Positions 1-13,817 of a DNA stretch of 54,530 nt are shown here, one piece after another. A program made the position numbers and the translations under genes. Every line of letters starts with the position of its first letter. Within the stretch, counting starts at the first letter, position 1. The notes below the pieces were generated by a model that searched no databases, was not told the origin of the DNA, and worked only from the letters and a program-made list of their open reading frames with translations. Source of the DNA: Hydrurus foetidus (taxonomy: Eukaryota); NCBI GenBank assembly GCA_900617105.1, contig UYFQ01000180.1, positions 1-54,530 of the forward strand, read 5' to 3'.

Positions 1-429
1 GCTTGACTTTTCTAATTTACACCAGAATATCGATAACGATACCTCTATAGTCCTACCAGCTAACAAGGTAGCTAACAAAGATTCTGAACAACAACTAGCA
101 ACTCCAGCTATTCCAGTACACCCTGTACCTGTAATATCTTGCACTATTCAGAATCGAACTCCTGAAAATCCTATTCCAGCGAATAAAAATCCAAATGTGA
201 CTAACAATAACAAAAATAACCGTTTGATCAACAAAGCAAAATATACCGTTTGATCCAACACCAATTAGAGATACAAATAACAAATCTGACATCGATGCTA
301 ATGACATTGGTCTTAATACACCGATTCAAAACATTGAAAATGACGATGCTGTTTACTGGTACTCTACTCATGTTAGAAATCACGAACATTTTCTCTCGTT
401 GATTGAAGCAAGTCATCACGAAAAACCCT

Positions 430-2040
430 TCATCAATTTCGATCAACTGAATGTGCCAAAATCATTCTGGAAAGCTATGGCTATACCTGAATGGAAAAAG
501 CAATAGATACTGAACTAAAGAAATTCGAGAAGAACTCATGTTTACATGTAGTACCATACATTGACCAACACCTGGTACCAATGATGTGGCTTTTAGTATA
601 AAACCGACGGTACGAAAAAGGCCCGTTTAGTGGGACGGGGAGATATGATGATACCACTCGTGGACTTCGACCCCGACGCCGTATACTGCGGAAATGTATC
701 ATCGTGTTCCATCAAGATGGCACTAAGCATTGCAGCAGCATATGGACTAGTAATGAAAGGAGGTGACCTCATTGGTGCTTACCTCATTACAAGAGCAAAT
801 GTTAACTTCCCGGTGCACATAAAGACACCGCAGGGATACACTTGCCCACCCGGTTTCTGCTTTCAGGCTGTCGGCAATCTTTATGGATTCCCACCTGCAG
901 GGCAAAACTTTTCCATAGAGTTCGATATTTGTATCTTCGAGTGTGGTTACAAGAACACACCCTGGGACCTCAAGTTCTTCTTTAAATGGACCACAGATGG
1001 TAGACCCATGCTTATCATCGCTCACAGTGATGACTTCAGATGGTTTGGTCCTTCGGACAAACTTGATGAATGGGATCTGATCATCGCCACCTTCAATGCA
1101 CACAAGTATGAAGTCACTGATGCAACTGACAAGGAGTTCGTTGGTATTCGTATTCAGCGTGATGAAGATGGCACATATTATATGGATCAACATCGCATGA
1201 TTGATTCAATAATAAAAGAGGCTAATATATCTGGTGCAAAGGACATGCACTTACCATACCCGACTGGGGACCAAGAACCTGCATTGTCAAAACTAGACAA
1301 CGCTTCTACCCTGAGGAACGTATGCAGTGTATGAAATACCCGTACAGGAGGGTCGTGGGTCAACTAATGTACGGTATGGTACATACCATGGTCGGCATTC
1401 TGTATGCACTCAATGTACTATCCCGTATGGTAACAACCCAGGTCCCAGACATATTAAATTCCTCAAACACTTACTGCAGTACTGCAAGTACGCACGAAGT
1501 GATCGACTAGTGTTCCATGGACACGATGGACCCAGAGACATCGAGACTATGACAACGCTACTTCAACTCCGGTTTCAATGCGATGCAGATTTGGGTGGTA
1601 ATCCCGACAATAGCCACTCACAGACTGCATACCTTGGATACCTCGGCCGTAACCTTATCTGCTGGTGTTCCACCGACCAAGGCAGCATATCAACATCAAC
1701 GGCAGAGTCGGAAATCAAGGCTTCCACACTCAAAGCAGAGGTCATAGCCAACAGAGGCATCCTAAACATGATGGGATGGGTCCAAGGTCCAACCTCTATT
1801 GAAGAAGACAACCAAGCCTGTATATACCATTCTAAGGCAGCACACATGACACGCAACCTAAGGCACCTCAACCTCACCGAAAACTGGGTCAAAGAGAAGG
1901 TTGCTGATGGTACTTGCGTAGTTGTTAAAGTTAAATCGTGCGATAATAATTCAGATATTGGTACAAAAAGAGTTTCTCTACCAATATTTAATAAACTTCT
2001 AAATCAAATTATAGATCAGTCTCAGAGACGAAATCTTTAA
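430..2040 (+). pseudogene. Copia pol: reverse transcriptase (RVT_2) plus RNase H, interrupted by several 1-nt frameshifts
   Basis: Motifs PKSFWKAM..EW..AIDTELKKF, KARLVGRG, DLIGAYL, LYG, IIAHSDDF, FVGIRI, YPYRRVVGQLMY; RNase H CDADLGG, STAESE, EEDNQA, SDIGTK. Frame switches near 495, 602, 1315 and 1425. Confidence 0.88.
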
Positions 2041-2172
2041 ATAGCACTATACTAATTATGTTTTAATATTGTATTTGTCTTGATCACACATATACTATGT
2101 TAATTCTAATATTATAAAGGTAGCTCATAAGTAAACATGCATTATTTTACACTACATCTTCACTACGGGGAG

Positions 2173-3079
2173 TGTCAGACCACTTGATTCTATCAAGATA
2201 TGTCTGTAGTAATATAGTTGCAAATATAGTTTCAAATATATACATGTACGTTATGCGACACGTACGTACGTAAGTACACATGCAGATATGATAACATGCA
2301 TACGTACACACGTACTTACACATGTTAGTGCATACTCATTTATGCATACGTACACACATGTACTTACACATGTACGTACATAGTCAATATGTACGTACGT
2401 ACGTACGCACGCGCATGTAGCATAGCGTACACTTGTATGGTCACGCACACACGTACGTGCACATGTTAGTACAAATTATTATATGCATACGTACACACAC
2501 GTACTTACACATGTATGTACATATATAATATGTACGTATGTACGATCGCCAATAGCGTAGTACATAGATGTATAGGCGTACATACGTAAGTACCACTGTA
2601 CTTACGCATGTACGTTCTTATACATATACATGCATACGTACTCCTATAATATCGCCATATAGCAGTTAGTACTCACGCATGTACGTTCATATACATATAC
2701 ATGCATACGTACCCCTGTACTATCGCCATGTATCAGTTAGTACGAACCCTCTGACCTCACGCAAATGAACGTTCGCCTTTCATGATTCTTCAGTATCACC
2801 AAAACACTTCGTTACTATAAGCATTCATGCAACGTTCCTCAAGCACATGCTATGAACAACACATCTCGCTGTGAACTTTGTCTCAAGGTAGTTTCACTGT
2901 CATGAACTATTCCGATAGCTCTTTTGCGTGGCTATCTGTAAACTCTAATCAGAATTTAATACGTTGTACTTCACAGCTTCGTCTAATCGATAGCTCACTG
3001 AATTGAGACAGTAGCCTGCAGCTGCTTCTCCACCTTCGCTGCGAACGCTAGAAGGTGACATCTTGTATTTAGTCTTACA
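2173..3079 (+). repeat. 3' LTR (~907 bp) with internal ACGT/GTAC-rich tandem duplications
   Basis: TG...CA termini directly after the PPT; internal ~140-bp (about 2318 and 2460) and ~70-bp (about 2598 and 2668) repeat pairs. Confidence 0.75.
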
Positions 3080-3340
3080 ACACTTGAAGTACAAGACAAA
3101 TGCACGGGTCCATTTTCACGTGCCACACACACACACAATAATCCGTACGTCCGTACGAATGCATAAGTACACAGATTGTGTTCGTGTCATAAACTACGAT
3201 AATTTCTCGACAACTTCAGTGTATTCTCGAGATTGTTAACTGTGAACGAGAAAGCAGAAGGCGTTGTACTATCTGATTGCTGGAGCAACCGGTTTCTTAA
3301 AGTCGTCCCCGCAACCTCGAAAGTTTCATTGCAGTCCAAA

Positions 3341-4697
3341 ATGAGTAACGTTTCGAGTCTTGGCGACATGCGCAAAAAGGTGGCTCGTCATTCCGCGGTC
3401 TTTTGTTTAGGCGATACATTTGCCTCATTAGATTATGTGAGATCTAAAGAATTTCCATTTTTCCGATTGTGACTAATGCAAGGAAAAGCAGGCTGCAGCT
3501 GAAGGAAAACAAAACGAGCTCTTTATAGGGGGCATCGATCAAAAAGGTGGAGGATCTGGACTCGCAGTCATAGGCCCACCGGGCGGAGTCCCTGGTGGAC
3601 CGCCTATGCCATCACGTCCCGATACCTTTGATCGCATCTTTGAGAGAGCTCAGGATCGCAGTGAAGATGATTCAGAATCAGCTCCTCGTGAAGAGGGAGG
3701 CTCACGGAGAGTGATCACCATGTACAGAAACGGCTTCGTTGTCGATGACGGGCCCTTCAGAGATGCTACCTCTCCTGAAAATCAGCTTTTTATAAGAAGC
3801 TTAGAGGCAGGGCGGGTTCCAGTAGGTGCATCGATGACCAAGGAAATCTGTATGCAGACTAAAAGCACCACCGATACATGATGATACTCATGACCCATCA
3901 ATTATCTACATCATTTCACCGCAGAGATGTCGCGTGGGGCAACTGACGACATCGAGGTCTCTCTGAACGATAAACGGCAAGAGGATTACGTTGCCCCTCC
4001 TCCCCCAGCCTATGTCGCTTTCTCCAAGGGAACAACACTAGGAGGCAGCAGTGCTGCAGGGAGCAGTGGAGCGTGGGTATCCACCCCTGACGGCAGTTCA
4101 AACTGCGTCAAGGTGGACGACAGTCAGCCAAGCAGCACGTTGCAGATCAGAACACCAGATGGGAAGCGGATATTGGTCAAGTGAGTAATGCTGCACTTCA
4201 GATATCCTGTTCCATCAAAATCCTCTCAATAACACAAAATGTGCGATGAATGCAAGAGAAATAGATCTCAACCTGAAGACATCTCCATCATAACAGCAGT
4301 CTTATACTCCTACACAGTTCATCTAATAATTCGATGCATCTATTACTAGGCTGAACAATGATGCGACTGTTCTCCATCTCGCAGCAGCTATTCGAAGGTC
4401 ACAACCCACATATGTGACAACTGAATGCGTACTTGCGATACACTTTCCTACAACGCTTTGAATATTGCTGATTTTAATTAAATGCATGATGTCATCTATT
4501 TCAAGACTCGGTCTATCGCAGCGTCACTCACTTTATTCCACGATGCATTATCTATTTTCCGCAGTCAATGGGCAGGAGGCGCAGGAGCGTCTTTCACGTT
4601 AAGTTCCGGTTTCCCCCCTAAAGAGCTCACATCTTCCGGCCAAACTCTCTCTGAAGCCGGCTTGGTGGGTTCCTCAGTAACGCTCAAGATAATATAG
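3341..4697 (+). CDS. SEP + UBX domain p97/Cdc48 adaptor (p47/Shp1/UBXN2-like), about 5 exons
   Basis: Exons about 3341-3379, 3483-3825, 3925-4180, 4350-4397, 4565-4697. Motifs ELFIGG...GSGLAV, SEP ITMYRNGFVVDDGPFR...F..SL..G.VP, SHP-box-like FSKGTTLG, UBX LQIRTPDGKR...SGFPPKEL...TLSEAGL. Confidence 0.9.
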
Positions 4698-5399
4698 CGG
4701 GACTCAGCAGTTTAGCCGATTAAATAGGGCTGAGCCAGTTACAAAGTGTGAGTCAATCAGCAGCCATCAGCCAGTCAGTCAGTCAATCAATTTGTCTTTC
4801 TTTCTCTTCGAGTTGCTTCTCTTGCGAGCACGAGCTGTTGTGCTGTATGAGATGATGATCACAGCGAGAATAAAGAACAGAAGTGATGCTTGATTACGAC
4901 ACGTGCATCCAGCGCTGTAGCAGTTTTCCAAACAGAGCAATCCCACTGTCTGAATATTTCACATTTTGGGGTCGCCAACAAGTACGTCAATCGTGTACAG
5001 CGTAAAGTCCTGCTCAGTACCGTGAAGATTAGTGCATCGTGCTATCAGCTAGGCTAATCTCCTTCCAGTCCCGCTGTCAAGCAATTTTACGTAACGTACG
5101 TTCTGCTCATCTTTTGAATTAGCCGGCCATCTCCAGCTAACCTCGGCTACTTGTACTATACATACAGCTGACACTCTAAATTTGTGACCCTTTATAAAAT
5201 GATATTTATGAGTCATGTGCCTCTTCGCTATTCCCTGGAGCGCAGAACTGAGCTGATGGAGTTGAATTATGATTTATAGAACAACCCAGTTGACAAGAGA
5301 TGGCGATAGAGGACGCAACACAACTGAACGAATGTAATGTAATATAATATAATATAATCACTCCAACTCATCGCTTGTGTTTAGGCTACACGCGACCTG

Positions 5400-8300
5400 T
5401 TAGTCGGACCCTCTCCCGACTGACACAGCAACAATCGCACCCTCTGTTAGAGATGACGCTCCTCTATTACTATTACTATTATCCTGTGGAACTGTGGCGG
5501 TGTCATCCCCTATAGTTATGCCGGATCTGTCCGTGCACCCAAGGTCTTTAGAGAGGGTTCGGAGTTGCGCACACGCCATTACCACACAGCTCATCTGCTC
5601 CTCAGAGGCCTGCATGTGTATGTGTGCGTGATATTGGGGTGTGGAGGTATGAGTCAGTTAGTGTGCTAGGAAGGCGTTGTCAAGCAGCGCAATTAAGCAG
5701 TCAAGAGGTAGCACAAGGTGGGGGAGAGACGGCATGGAATATGATGGAACAAAACTGTACAGGGGAATGAAAAAGATACAAACTGTATCAGAGAACGAAG
5801 ATTCGACACCATTTTACCACGCGACTGTCTCGATGCATCATGGTACATTCCAATGCCATGAAATTCACAAACACCTCCTCTCCATCTCTAATAACACCCG
5901 AACTTACAGTGACACAGGATATCTGTTAGACACCGACAATGGTCACGTATATTTGATTGAATTGAAGAGCTCTACTTACCCGGTGTTCTAATAGTTCAAG
6001 GATTCTTGAGAAGTTCCGATTTCCCATCGACCGTGACACACTCATCAGGGATGATGTGGACCCTGGACTGACAGATTCCAGAGACTCATTCTTCTCAACA
6101 CCCTTGGCAGCACTCGAGCTGAGGGAACATGAAGTTATTAAGATGGAGTGAGAGATAGACGATGTCCATAGTTGAAGATTGCACTGCGCACGACGTGATC
6201 CTTGTAACTCAGTAATAAACTGTACTACACTACATCACACGATACTGCTGTGCATCACTACGCCATATTGCATCACAATACACTGCATTACACTAGACTA
6301 CACCACACAATACTACGCTACACTACACCACAATGCACTACACCACAGTACACTACACAACACCACAATACACTGCACCACACCACACTATTCTACGCTA
6401 CACTACACTACACAGTACTTGCGTAGATGATGTAAGATGTTCAAGTAAAGTACATGCTATGGCACTACCAAATCACATGAAGATGCCACCGCCTCTGACA
6501 GCAGCACTACATCTCCTTAGGATCCACATCAACGCAATTCAAATCAATTGCAAGAAGGATCTTTTAACTAACCTGAGTGCAGATTGACTTTTTGCTATCA
6601 AACCGTACAGGCAGAACGCGATCGCCTCTTCTGTCTGGGACTTACTCATTTTCTTCCTCGCTGCAAAAGAGGAAGAGGTATAGGGAGCGGAAGAAGAAGA
6701 GGAGGTGGTGGTGGCGATGCTATCCCCCTCGGCATCAGTCATGTTGATAAGCGTCAGCACTGCCCTATCTAACAATGCGCGATATGCAGACGGCAGCAAA
6801 GGAGAGGTCTGCTCAGATATCTTGAGACCCTCCCAAGCATCCGACAAGCTACCCCTCTTGACCATTGCCTCCACCAGTATGCTCCCATGCACCTCGTCCC
6901 GCTCACCATGCCACTGGTGTTATGAGAAAACAATAGCAGATGACAGGAGTATAACGAGAGATGAGATCGTATCGTCTAAGATTGGATTAGAGTGCAGTAA
7001 ATGAAAAACAAAAATTGAATGCATCTGAGGATTAAAATATTCGAGTCATGTGGAAGCTAAGAAGAAAGACGATGAGGTGTCGAGGAAGAGTAGTGCTCAG
7101 GATGGAGGGAATTGAATAAGGGGGATCAGGGGAGAGTGCAGGAGTCGGAAGGAAGCTCAGCGAATCAATTTGAAAGAGGAAGAGATAGATGTGGATGCCT
7201 CCGAAATGCCGAAGATTGAGCTGTTACAGCAATCAATCTTTGGCATTCTAATATGGCAACACGAATGAACCACTTGTGCGTCCACTGTCTGTGTATTTAT
7301 GTACGTTCCCTGCATCAATGCAGTGCATGACTTAGATATGGCTGTATCTCTCTGAACTTATCTCTCACTCACACACACACACTCTCTTCTATCTTTCTCT
7401 TATTCTCTCTCAAACACACGCTCTCATTCTCTCTCCACCTTTCTGTCTTTCTTTCGCTAGTCACCTTTGGAATTAGTTCGAAGGTCCGCATGACTTCTCT
7501 GTACTCTCCCTCTTCATAGTAGTACCGCATTATGGCTCTCGTAGTCTCCCTGCAGGGCTGAAAAATAGAAAATAATAATTGGACGAAAAAAAATGAAAGA
7601 CGGCTAGAAAAACGACAGAAATGCTATACGGCACTTGACTGGATTAGTGTAAATAGAAGGGAGAATAAAAGGGATTAAAAGGAGAAGCAAGGAAGAAAGA
7701 GTCAAACAATATGATGTGTTATGTGCACATGTAATTATCAGAAAATGTTGAAGTTAGGAGTGTTCCTTGTGGCATCACGCAAAGAGAAGAATGTTCTGAA
7801 TTATCCCACATGGTGTACAGTAGCAAGCTGCTCAAGGCACGTGTTCTTATTGCTGATGAGATCCACTTTAATGATGGACCCACCTATAAACGACAACGCA
7901 TACACATTTTGTCGTTTATAGCTGTGGGTCCACCATTGAAGTGGATCAGATCAGCAATAAAACACGAGCCTTGAAACTGCAGCCGTGGCCGAAAATACGG
8001 GTGAGTTAGCCGTGAAGTTACCGGTATGCCCGCCTGAACGAAACTGTCAATGAGAAGTCCTAGCAGCTCCGTGTTAGCCGTAAGCAGTGCGGTATCCACG
8101 GCCACGTGATAAATCTTGTAATGCATTGTGTGACATCCAGGTAGTTTGAGTTGAGTTGAGTTGAGTTGTGTTGAGTGTTGTTGTACGGTGTAAGTAATGA
8201 GTCACGGAATGTTGGCAAATTTGTCGTATGGGCTGCATAGTGCGGAACTGCATATCATATCATATCATATTTTATCTTATCATCTCATATCTTATCATGC

Positions 8301-10826
8301 TCTTCCTTAATGGTACCAATTATGATGAAGCAATCGAGTTGAAGAATGTACAGAATAAGAACAATGCAAAGCGCTGAATAATATGATATTATATGGCATG
8401 ATGTACAGTACAATTCAATACAATACAGTACAGTACAGTACAGTACAGACAGTACAGTACAGTACAGTACAGTACAGTACAGTACAGCACAGTACAGTGC
8501 AGGTACGTACCTGTGCCATGTCTGCCATTGTGATGATAGGAACATCCATGCACCCCGAGAACGGATCGGCCCTCAAGGTGTTGTCCTTGACCCTGTCCCT
8601 CTCTCTGACTTTCTCCCTATCCCTGTCTTTGGTGAGTGTGGACAGCGGTGCTAGACCCCTGAGGGGGTCAACGTCAACAATGGCGAGGAGGAAAGATGAT
8701 GGGACCTAGAATATGGAGGAAAGGAGTGTCGGGTAGTAAGTGGTTTGTCTCACAGATAGATGGATAGACAGATAGATGGATAGACAGATAGATAGATAGA
8801 TAGATAGACAGCTATAGACAGATACAGACAGATAGACAGACAGACAGACAGACAGTCACGCTAGATAGACGTATAGACCGGTGCTCTAACATAATGTTGC
8901 GAAGAAATTGGTGAGGCACAGTTATTGAGACGTACAGCAATACAAAGCACAATATTACATATCCAACTCCATCCCATACTATCCCATGCCATGCCATCAC
9001 ATCCCGTCCCGTCAAACTTCACGCATGATGTCGAAGTCACAGCATATGACGCATCACGCGATATTACCAGGACAGAATAAAATGTCCAAAACAGAGAATG
9101 AAAACAGGTTTGTCACCATTGCCACCTCGGATTCGTTCATATCTACTGGACATTATATTCTGTCCTGGTAATATCCCATCAATCTCAGAGTTACCTTCCC
9201 GATATCTGGCACCCATTTAAATAGCCCCCTTGAACCCTCTTGATTCAAGCGGTCAGCGGAATGTCTCCTCTGTGCAGCTCTCCAGGCTGCTAGCTTAGTG
9301 TCATCTTTGCTCTCGAGGTGGGTGTGCGGCTGCATGGCCACGAGGGCTGACTGTGTGGGGTCAAGTCTGTACGTACATGTGCATGGGATGAAGGGAGAGG
9401 AAGAAGGAGATGAGGGGTGCAGAGGGGTAGACAATATATTTGCAAGTAGATGAGATGGAAGAAGAGAACGATATGATAAGAGGTAGACAGGCAGTTGGAG
9501 CTGGGAATTAAATGTAGGGATGGAAGAGAAACCGATAGAGAGAGGTCGAGAGTTAGGGAATATTGTGGAAGGAAGGAAGAAAGGAAGGAAGGAAGGAAGG
9601 GAACAGATGGATCAGTGGTGTGAGAAGGAAGAATATGGTGGCTAGAGAGATAGAAAATAAGATTGCAAGGTGCGTCTAGATAACTGTGATGGTATATCGT
9701 GGCTGTTGAAAACCTTCCTCCTGGAAAGTGGATTTTTGAATCATAAGATCGACAGGAATGTGTCAGAGATTTCATGAAATAAAATCAGATGAAAACAGAT
9801 GAAAAGAGATCAGATGAGGTGAGATAAGATATTAACAGATTAGTTCCATTCAGGTCAATGGAGTTCTTAAGAAGAAGAGGACTTACAGAGAGGGTACGCT
9901 ACTGTTATTTAGTGCGCTAGTAACGCCTCTCAGCAGCAGTCTAATGTCCCCTGAAGCCCTCCCTATCTCCATCGTGTGTGTGATGATTTTCAGACCAGGA
10001 ACTAGACCCATAGATTCCATACGGTCCAGAAGGGAGTGGGCAACCTAGATGCAGTGCGGCACAGTACATGAAGTGAGTGGTGTTGTAGGTTGGTAAAGAG
10101 CGAGGTGTGAGGTATCGCATGTGGGTGAGGTGTGGTCAGTTGAGGTTGTAGCACATGAGCGAAGAAGAACTGATTGGTATGAGTCACGTCAAGGGCAGCA
10201 GTTCCGACACATCTACTGCACCACCACCAAGCATCAGATAAAGCTGTGCATGTATGCAGTGGTGATTTTAACAATGCCCTGCCCTGTACTGCACTGTACC
10301 GTACTGTGATGTACAAAGGACTCACACAAACATATCGCTGGCACAAGAAGATAAAAGAATGAGTAGGCTAAGGAGAGGGAGAAACTTGAGAGTAGAATCT
10401 TTTAGAGAATCCTAACTGACGTCTCATGGCTGTCCGACTTTAAATGCCCTGTGCTGCATTGCATTTTGTTGTGTCGAGATGTGCGGTGCTGTAATGTGAT
10501 GCGCTTTGATGTGTTGTGCTATGATGTGATGTGATGTATTGTACTGTGTTGTGCTATGATGTGCTATGATGCACTGTACTGTGCTGTCAAGCGCTGTGAG
10601 GTACTGCGTATGTGTGTACCTGGCTTGCTTGATGAGGGGAAACACTTTCAATGGCTGCCTCGTGGATGGGCGAGTGGTCATCCGCTTTCACGCTAACCTG
10701 AAAATAAGAAGATATGAAGAATTAGAGAATATTCAGAACGTTGCAATGTGATTTCTGTTATTTGGAAGCACACATAAAGACACATTCCAGCTCGGGAGTA
10801 GACAGACGCACAGATAGATAAATGGG

Positions 10827-10883
<57 letters not shown>

Positions 10884-13817
10884 GGATACACAGATAAATA
10901 GATAGATACATAGATAGGTAGATATATAGATAGATTGATAGATACATATGGGTAGATAGATAGATATGTGGATAGATACATAGATACAAAGATAGATAGT
11001 TAGGTAAATAGATGCGTAGATAAACGGTCGGGCGAACGTGCATGAAGACATCTTGCAGACTTACGAATGACTTGACTAATTGATCTCCCACACCTTATCT
11101 GTAGAAAGAGGAGAGGGAGGAGGACGGGTGCTCAATGTGCTCAGACACTCCACCAATTCGTTGAAGGTGGTTAAATTAGAACCGAATGACGGATGTCCTG
11201 TGTGTGCTACTGGTGGGGGGTAGTAACTATCATTAAGATCTCTACTGACACGACTGCTCTTGCGTGTATTGCTCTTCTGACCAGAGCCAGAGGGGTTGAT
11301 TTGCGTGAGTGGATGCAGTGCAGAAGAAGAAGAAGAGGAGGAGGAGGAGGAGGAGGAGGAGAGTGGCTTCCTGACAGCTCTGAAGAGATCTGTGCTGAGC
11401 TGTGCCACTTTCATGGATTGACCCAATATCTTGTGTTTCTCCCTATCGAGCTTGTTGAGCACTTCCAGGGCAAGGGCGAGATGTTTTGTGCGTGCGTACG
11501 AGGAGATCATGCAGTTGAACGAACGTGTTCCGACTATCAGTCCATCTTCGTCTGCTTTTCTTACAAATTCTGCTGCAAGTTCAGGCCGACTGGAAGACAA
11601 AATGATCTGATACAATGTGTGTCAGTGAGTAGGTGAGGGGAAGCATGTAGACAACATGAAGTGGATGAGGACAAACTGAAATTGGATAATGCGCCATTAT
11701 GTGCGGTTGTCACTGTATGACATCATATCGAGTTGCTGGACTCATTAATGCAAAGACGAGCAGACTGACACACATATAGATAGACAGACTGACATACACA
11801 CATACAGACAGTCAGTCGGATAGACAGATAGAAACGCAGAGAGCCATGCAGACATACAGACAGACAGACAGATAGAAAGGCAGGTAGACAGGTAGACAGA
11901 TAGACAGCCAGATCTGCATGCAAATCGACAGACGCTCAGACTAACATGCGTGCTGATGAACAGACTAATTTACAGACAGGCAGATGCACTGATCAACAGA
12001 CTAATTTACAGACAGGCAGATGCACTGATCAACAGACTAATTTACAGACAGGCAGATGCACCGATCAACAGACTAATTTACAGACAGGCAGATGCACTGA
12101 TCAACAGACTAATTTACAGACAGGCAGATGCACTGATCAACAGACTAATTTACAGACAGGCAGATGCACTGATCAACAGACTAATTTACAGACAGGCAGA
12201 TGCACTGATCAACAGACTAATTTACAGACAGGCAGATGCACTGATCGATATGTGAGAGGATGAAAGAGCAGACAGACAGGACGACACAATAGGCATTAGA
12301 AGTCCGCGTTACCTGAGCCATGTCACCTCTCATTTCTATCGCATGAGAACTATTTCCACCAGCGAATTTGTACAGTGCCTGCAGGGTGACCCGCACTGGA
12401 CAGTTGGCAGAGGTTGCTTCCCCCACTTTACTTATCTTGACAATATTCAAACAGCTCGATTTCTTCTTTGAGTCGATTAAACAGTTAGATACAGCGCGAG
12501 AGAAGCTGTCTCTAGTAACTAGGCGAATGTCTAGGGCACCTGATCGGTGAGAAAAAAAGTGAGAAGAATTCCGTGTAAGGAAGTGTTGTGGGAAGCAGAG
12601 TAATGGAATAGATTAAATAAACATCGAGCCAGAGAAATAACGGAGGGAGAAAGACGAAGATAGAGACAGGCGATCTTGCTGAGGTGCACATAGACAAGGA
12701 CTCAGTAGGGGGAGAAAGGGGGCATATCTTGTGTAGTCTTCCTGCACCTCAGTAGTCATAAATATTCTGACTTCTATATCTTAGACTTCCACTTACTCTC
12801 AATCAGGTAGCTACAGCATAGAGCATAGCAATTGCACCACGGTGCCTCATGAAACTCTAACTTGGTGGCAATGATGATAGCCTGCAGCTCACCTAATCTT
12901 ATCAACTCATTCAGTAATTGAACTGACTTGTCGATTTTCCCGATGAGCTTGAATGAGCTGAAAGCCGCCATCGCCACGTCACCAATTGAAGTCGGATCCA
13001 CGTTATATCCACTCAGTTTCAAGAAATTGAGCTCCTCATGGAGATGAAGTACCTGTCCCTTCATTAGTCTAATATCACTCGTCTTTGTAATCTTGTACGA
13101 AACATCTGCGATGACCATGTCTACATGATACCATCGCGCAGAAGGATTCATCCGTAATAACCAGGGATTAAAACTTTTCACAAACTCTTGCTCGGCAAGC
13201 AAAGAGCTTCTTCTAGAAGCTGATCTAGAATGCACACGATCATCTAAATGGAAAGATGGAGAAGATTGAGCTATACAGGGTTTCTGCCACTGTGACGTAC
13301 TGGTTACCGCTGTATCACTGTGCTCATCTGCACGTCTTTCCGCTGAACCAGAGAGTTTCAGATGAGTGCTGTTATAAAGAAAGTTACAAAAGCAGAGAAG
13401 CCTCTGTGCTCCAATCAGATTTGCTGCAACTACATCGCTTTTGGCTAGGTCGATTGCATATTTGACATCCTCAGATCCTGCGCTTAGAAGAGAGTCTAAT
13501 ATTGTTGGAATGACATTTCCGTTGCAGTATTTGCTCTCATCGTGGCCTTCATTCCTAATGATTTGTGACGAGGGATAGTCCACTTTGAATTCATTAATTG
13601 CAGCCAGCAGGAGAGGCTGTGGGGGTACTCGGCGTGATAACACTGAAGCCTCCTTAAGTTTTGAACTTCCACATAGAAGCTTTATTTCACGAAGTACGAG
13701 AGAAAAATCTTCGACATTAAGAGCTGCCAGTATTGCAGCATCAATTGAGCTGCTGCTATTTCTCCTTCGCCCCCTAACAGTCAAATATAGGTAGCGCTTC
13801 CTACATGCTGACAACAT
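5400..13817 (-). CDS. Large multi-exon pentatricopeptide-repeat (PPR)-like protein
   Basis: Exon translations contain PPR-like helices: RSFNCMISSYARTKHLALALEVLNKL (~11450-11525), LLDRMESMGLVP (~10000), RETTRAIMRYYYEEGEYREVMRTF (~7500), ILVEAMVKRGSLSDAW (~6860). Exons are separated by microsatellite-rich GT-AG introns. Start and exact exon set are uncertain. Confidence 0.7.
10812..11000. repeat. (GATA)n microsatellite, intronic
   Basis: Direct reading of the tandem GATA run. Confidence 0.95.
11954..12246. repeat. 36-bp tandem minisatellite, about 8 near-identical copies, in a PPR intron
   Basis: Unit TGATCAACAGACTAATTTACAGACAGGCAGATGCAC repeated head-to-tail with no spacers. Confidence 0.95.

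Larger units (their letters stand above)
1..3079 (+). mobile_element. Ty1/copia LTR retrotransposon, 3' portion (5' end lies outside the window)
   Basis: Copia-type RT then RNase H reading frames, a polypurine tract at about 2165-2172 (ACGGGGAG), and an LTR starting TGTCAGAC at 2173 and ending GTCTTACA at 3079 (7/8 terminal inverted match). Confidence 0.9.

Noticed and set aside
11954..12246. 36-bp repeats resembling a CRISPR array
   Set aside because: Units are head-to-tail with no unique spacers, there are no cas genes, and the array lies in a eukaryotic intron.
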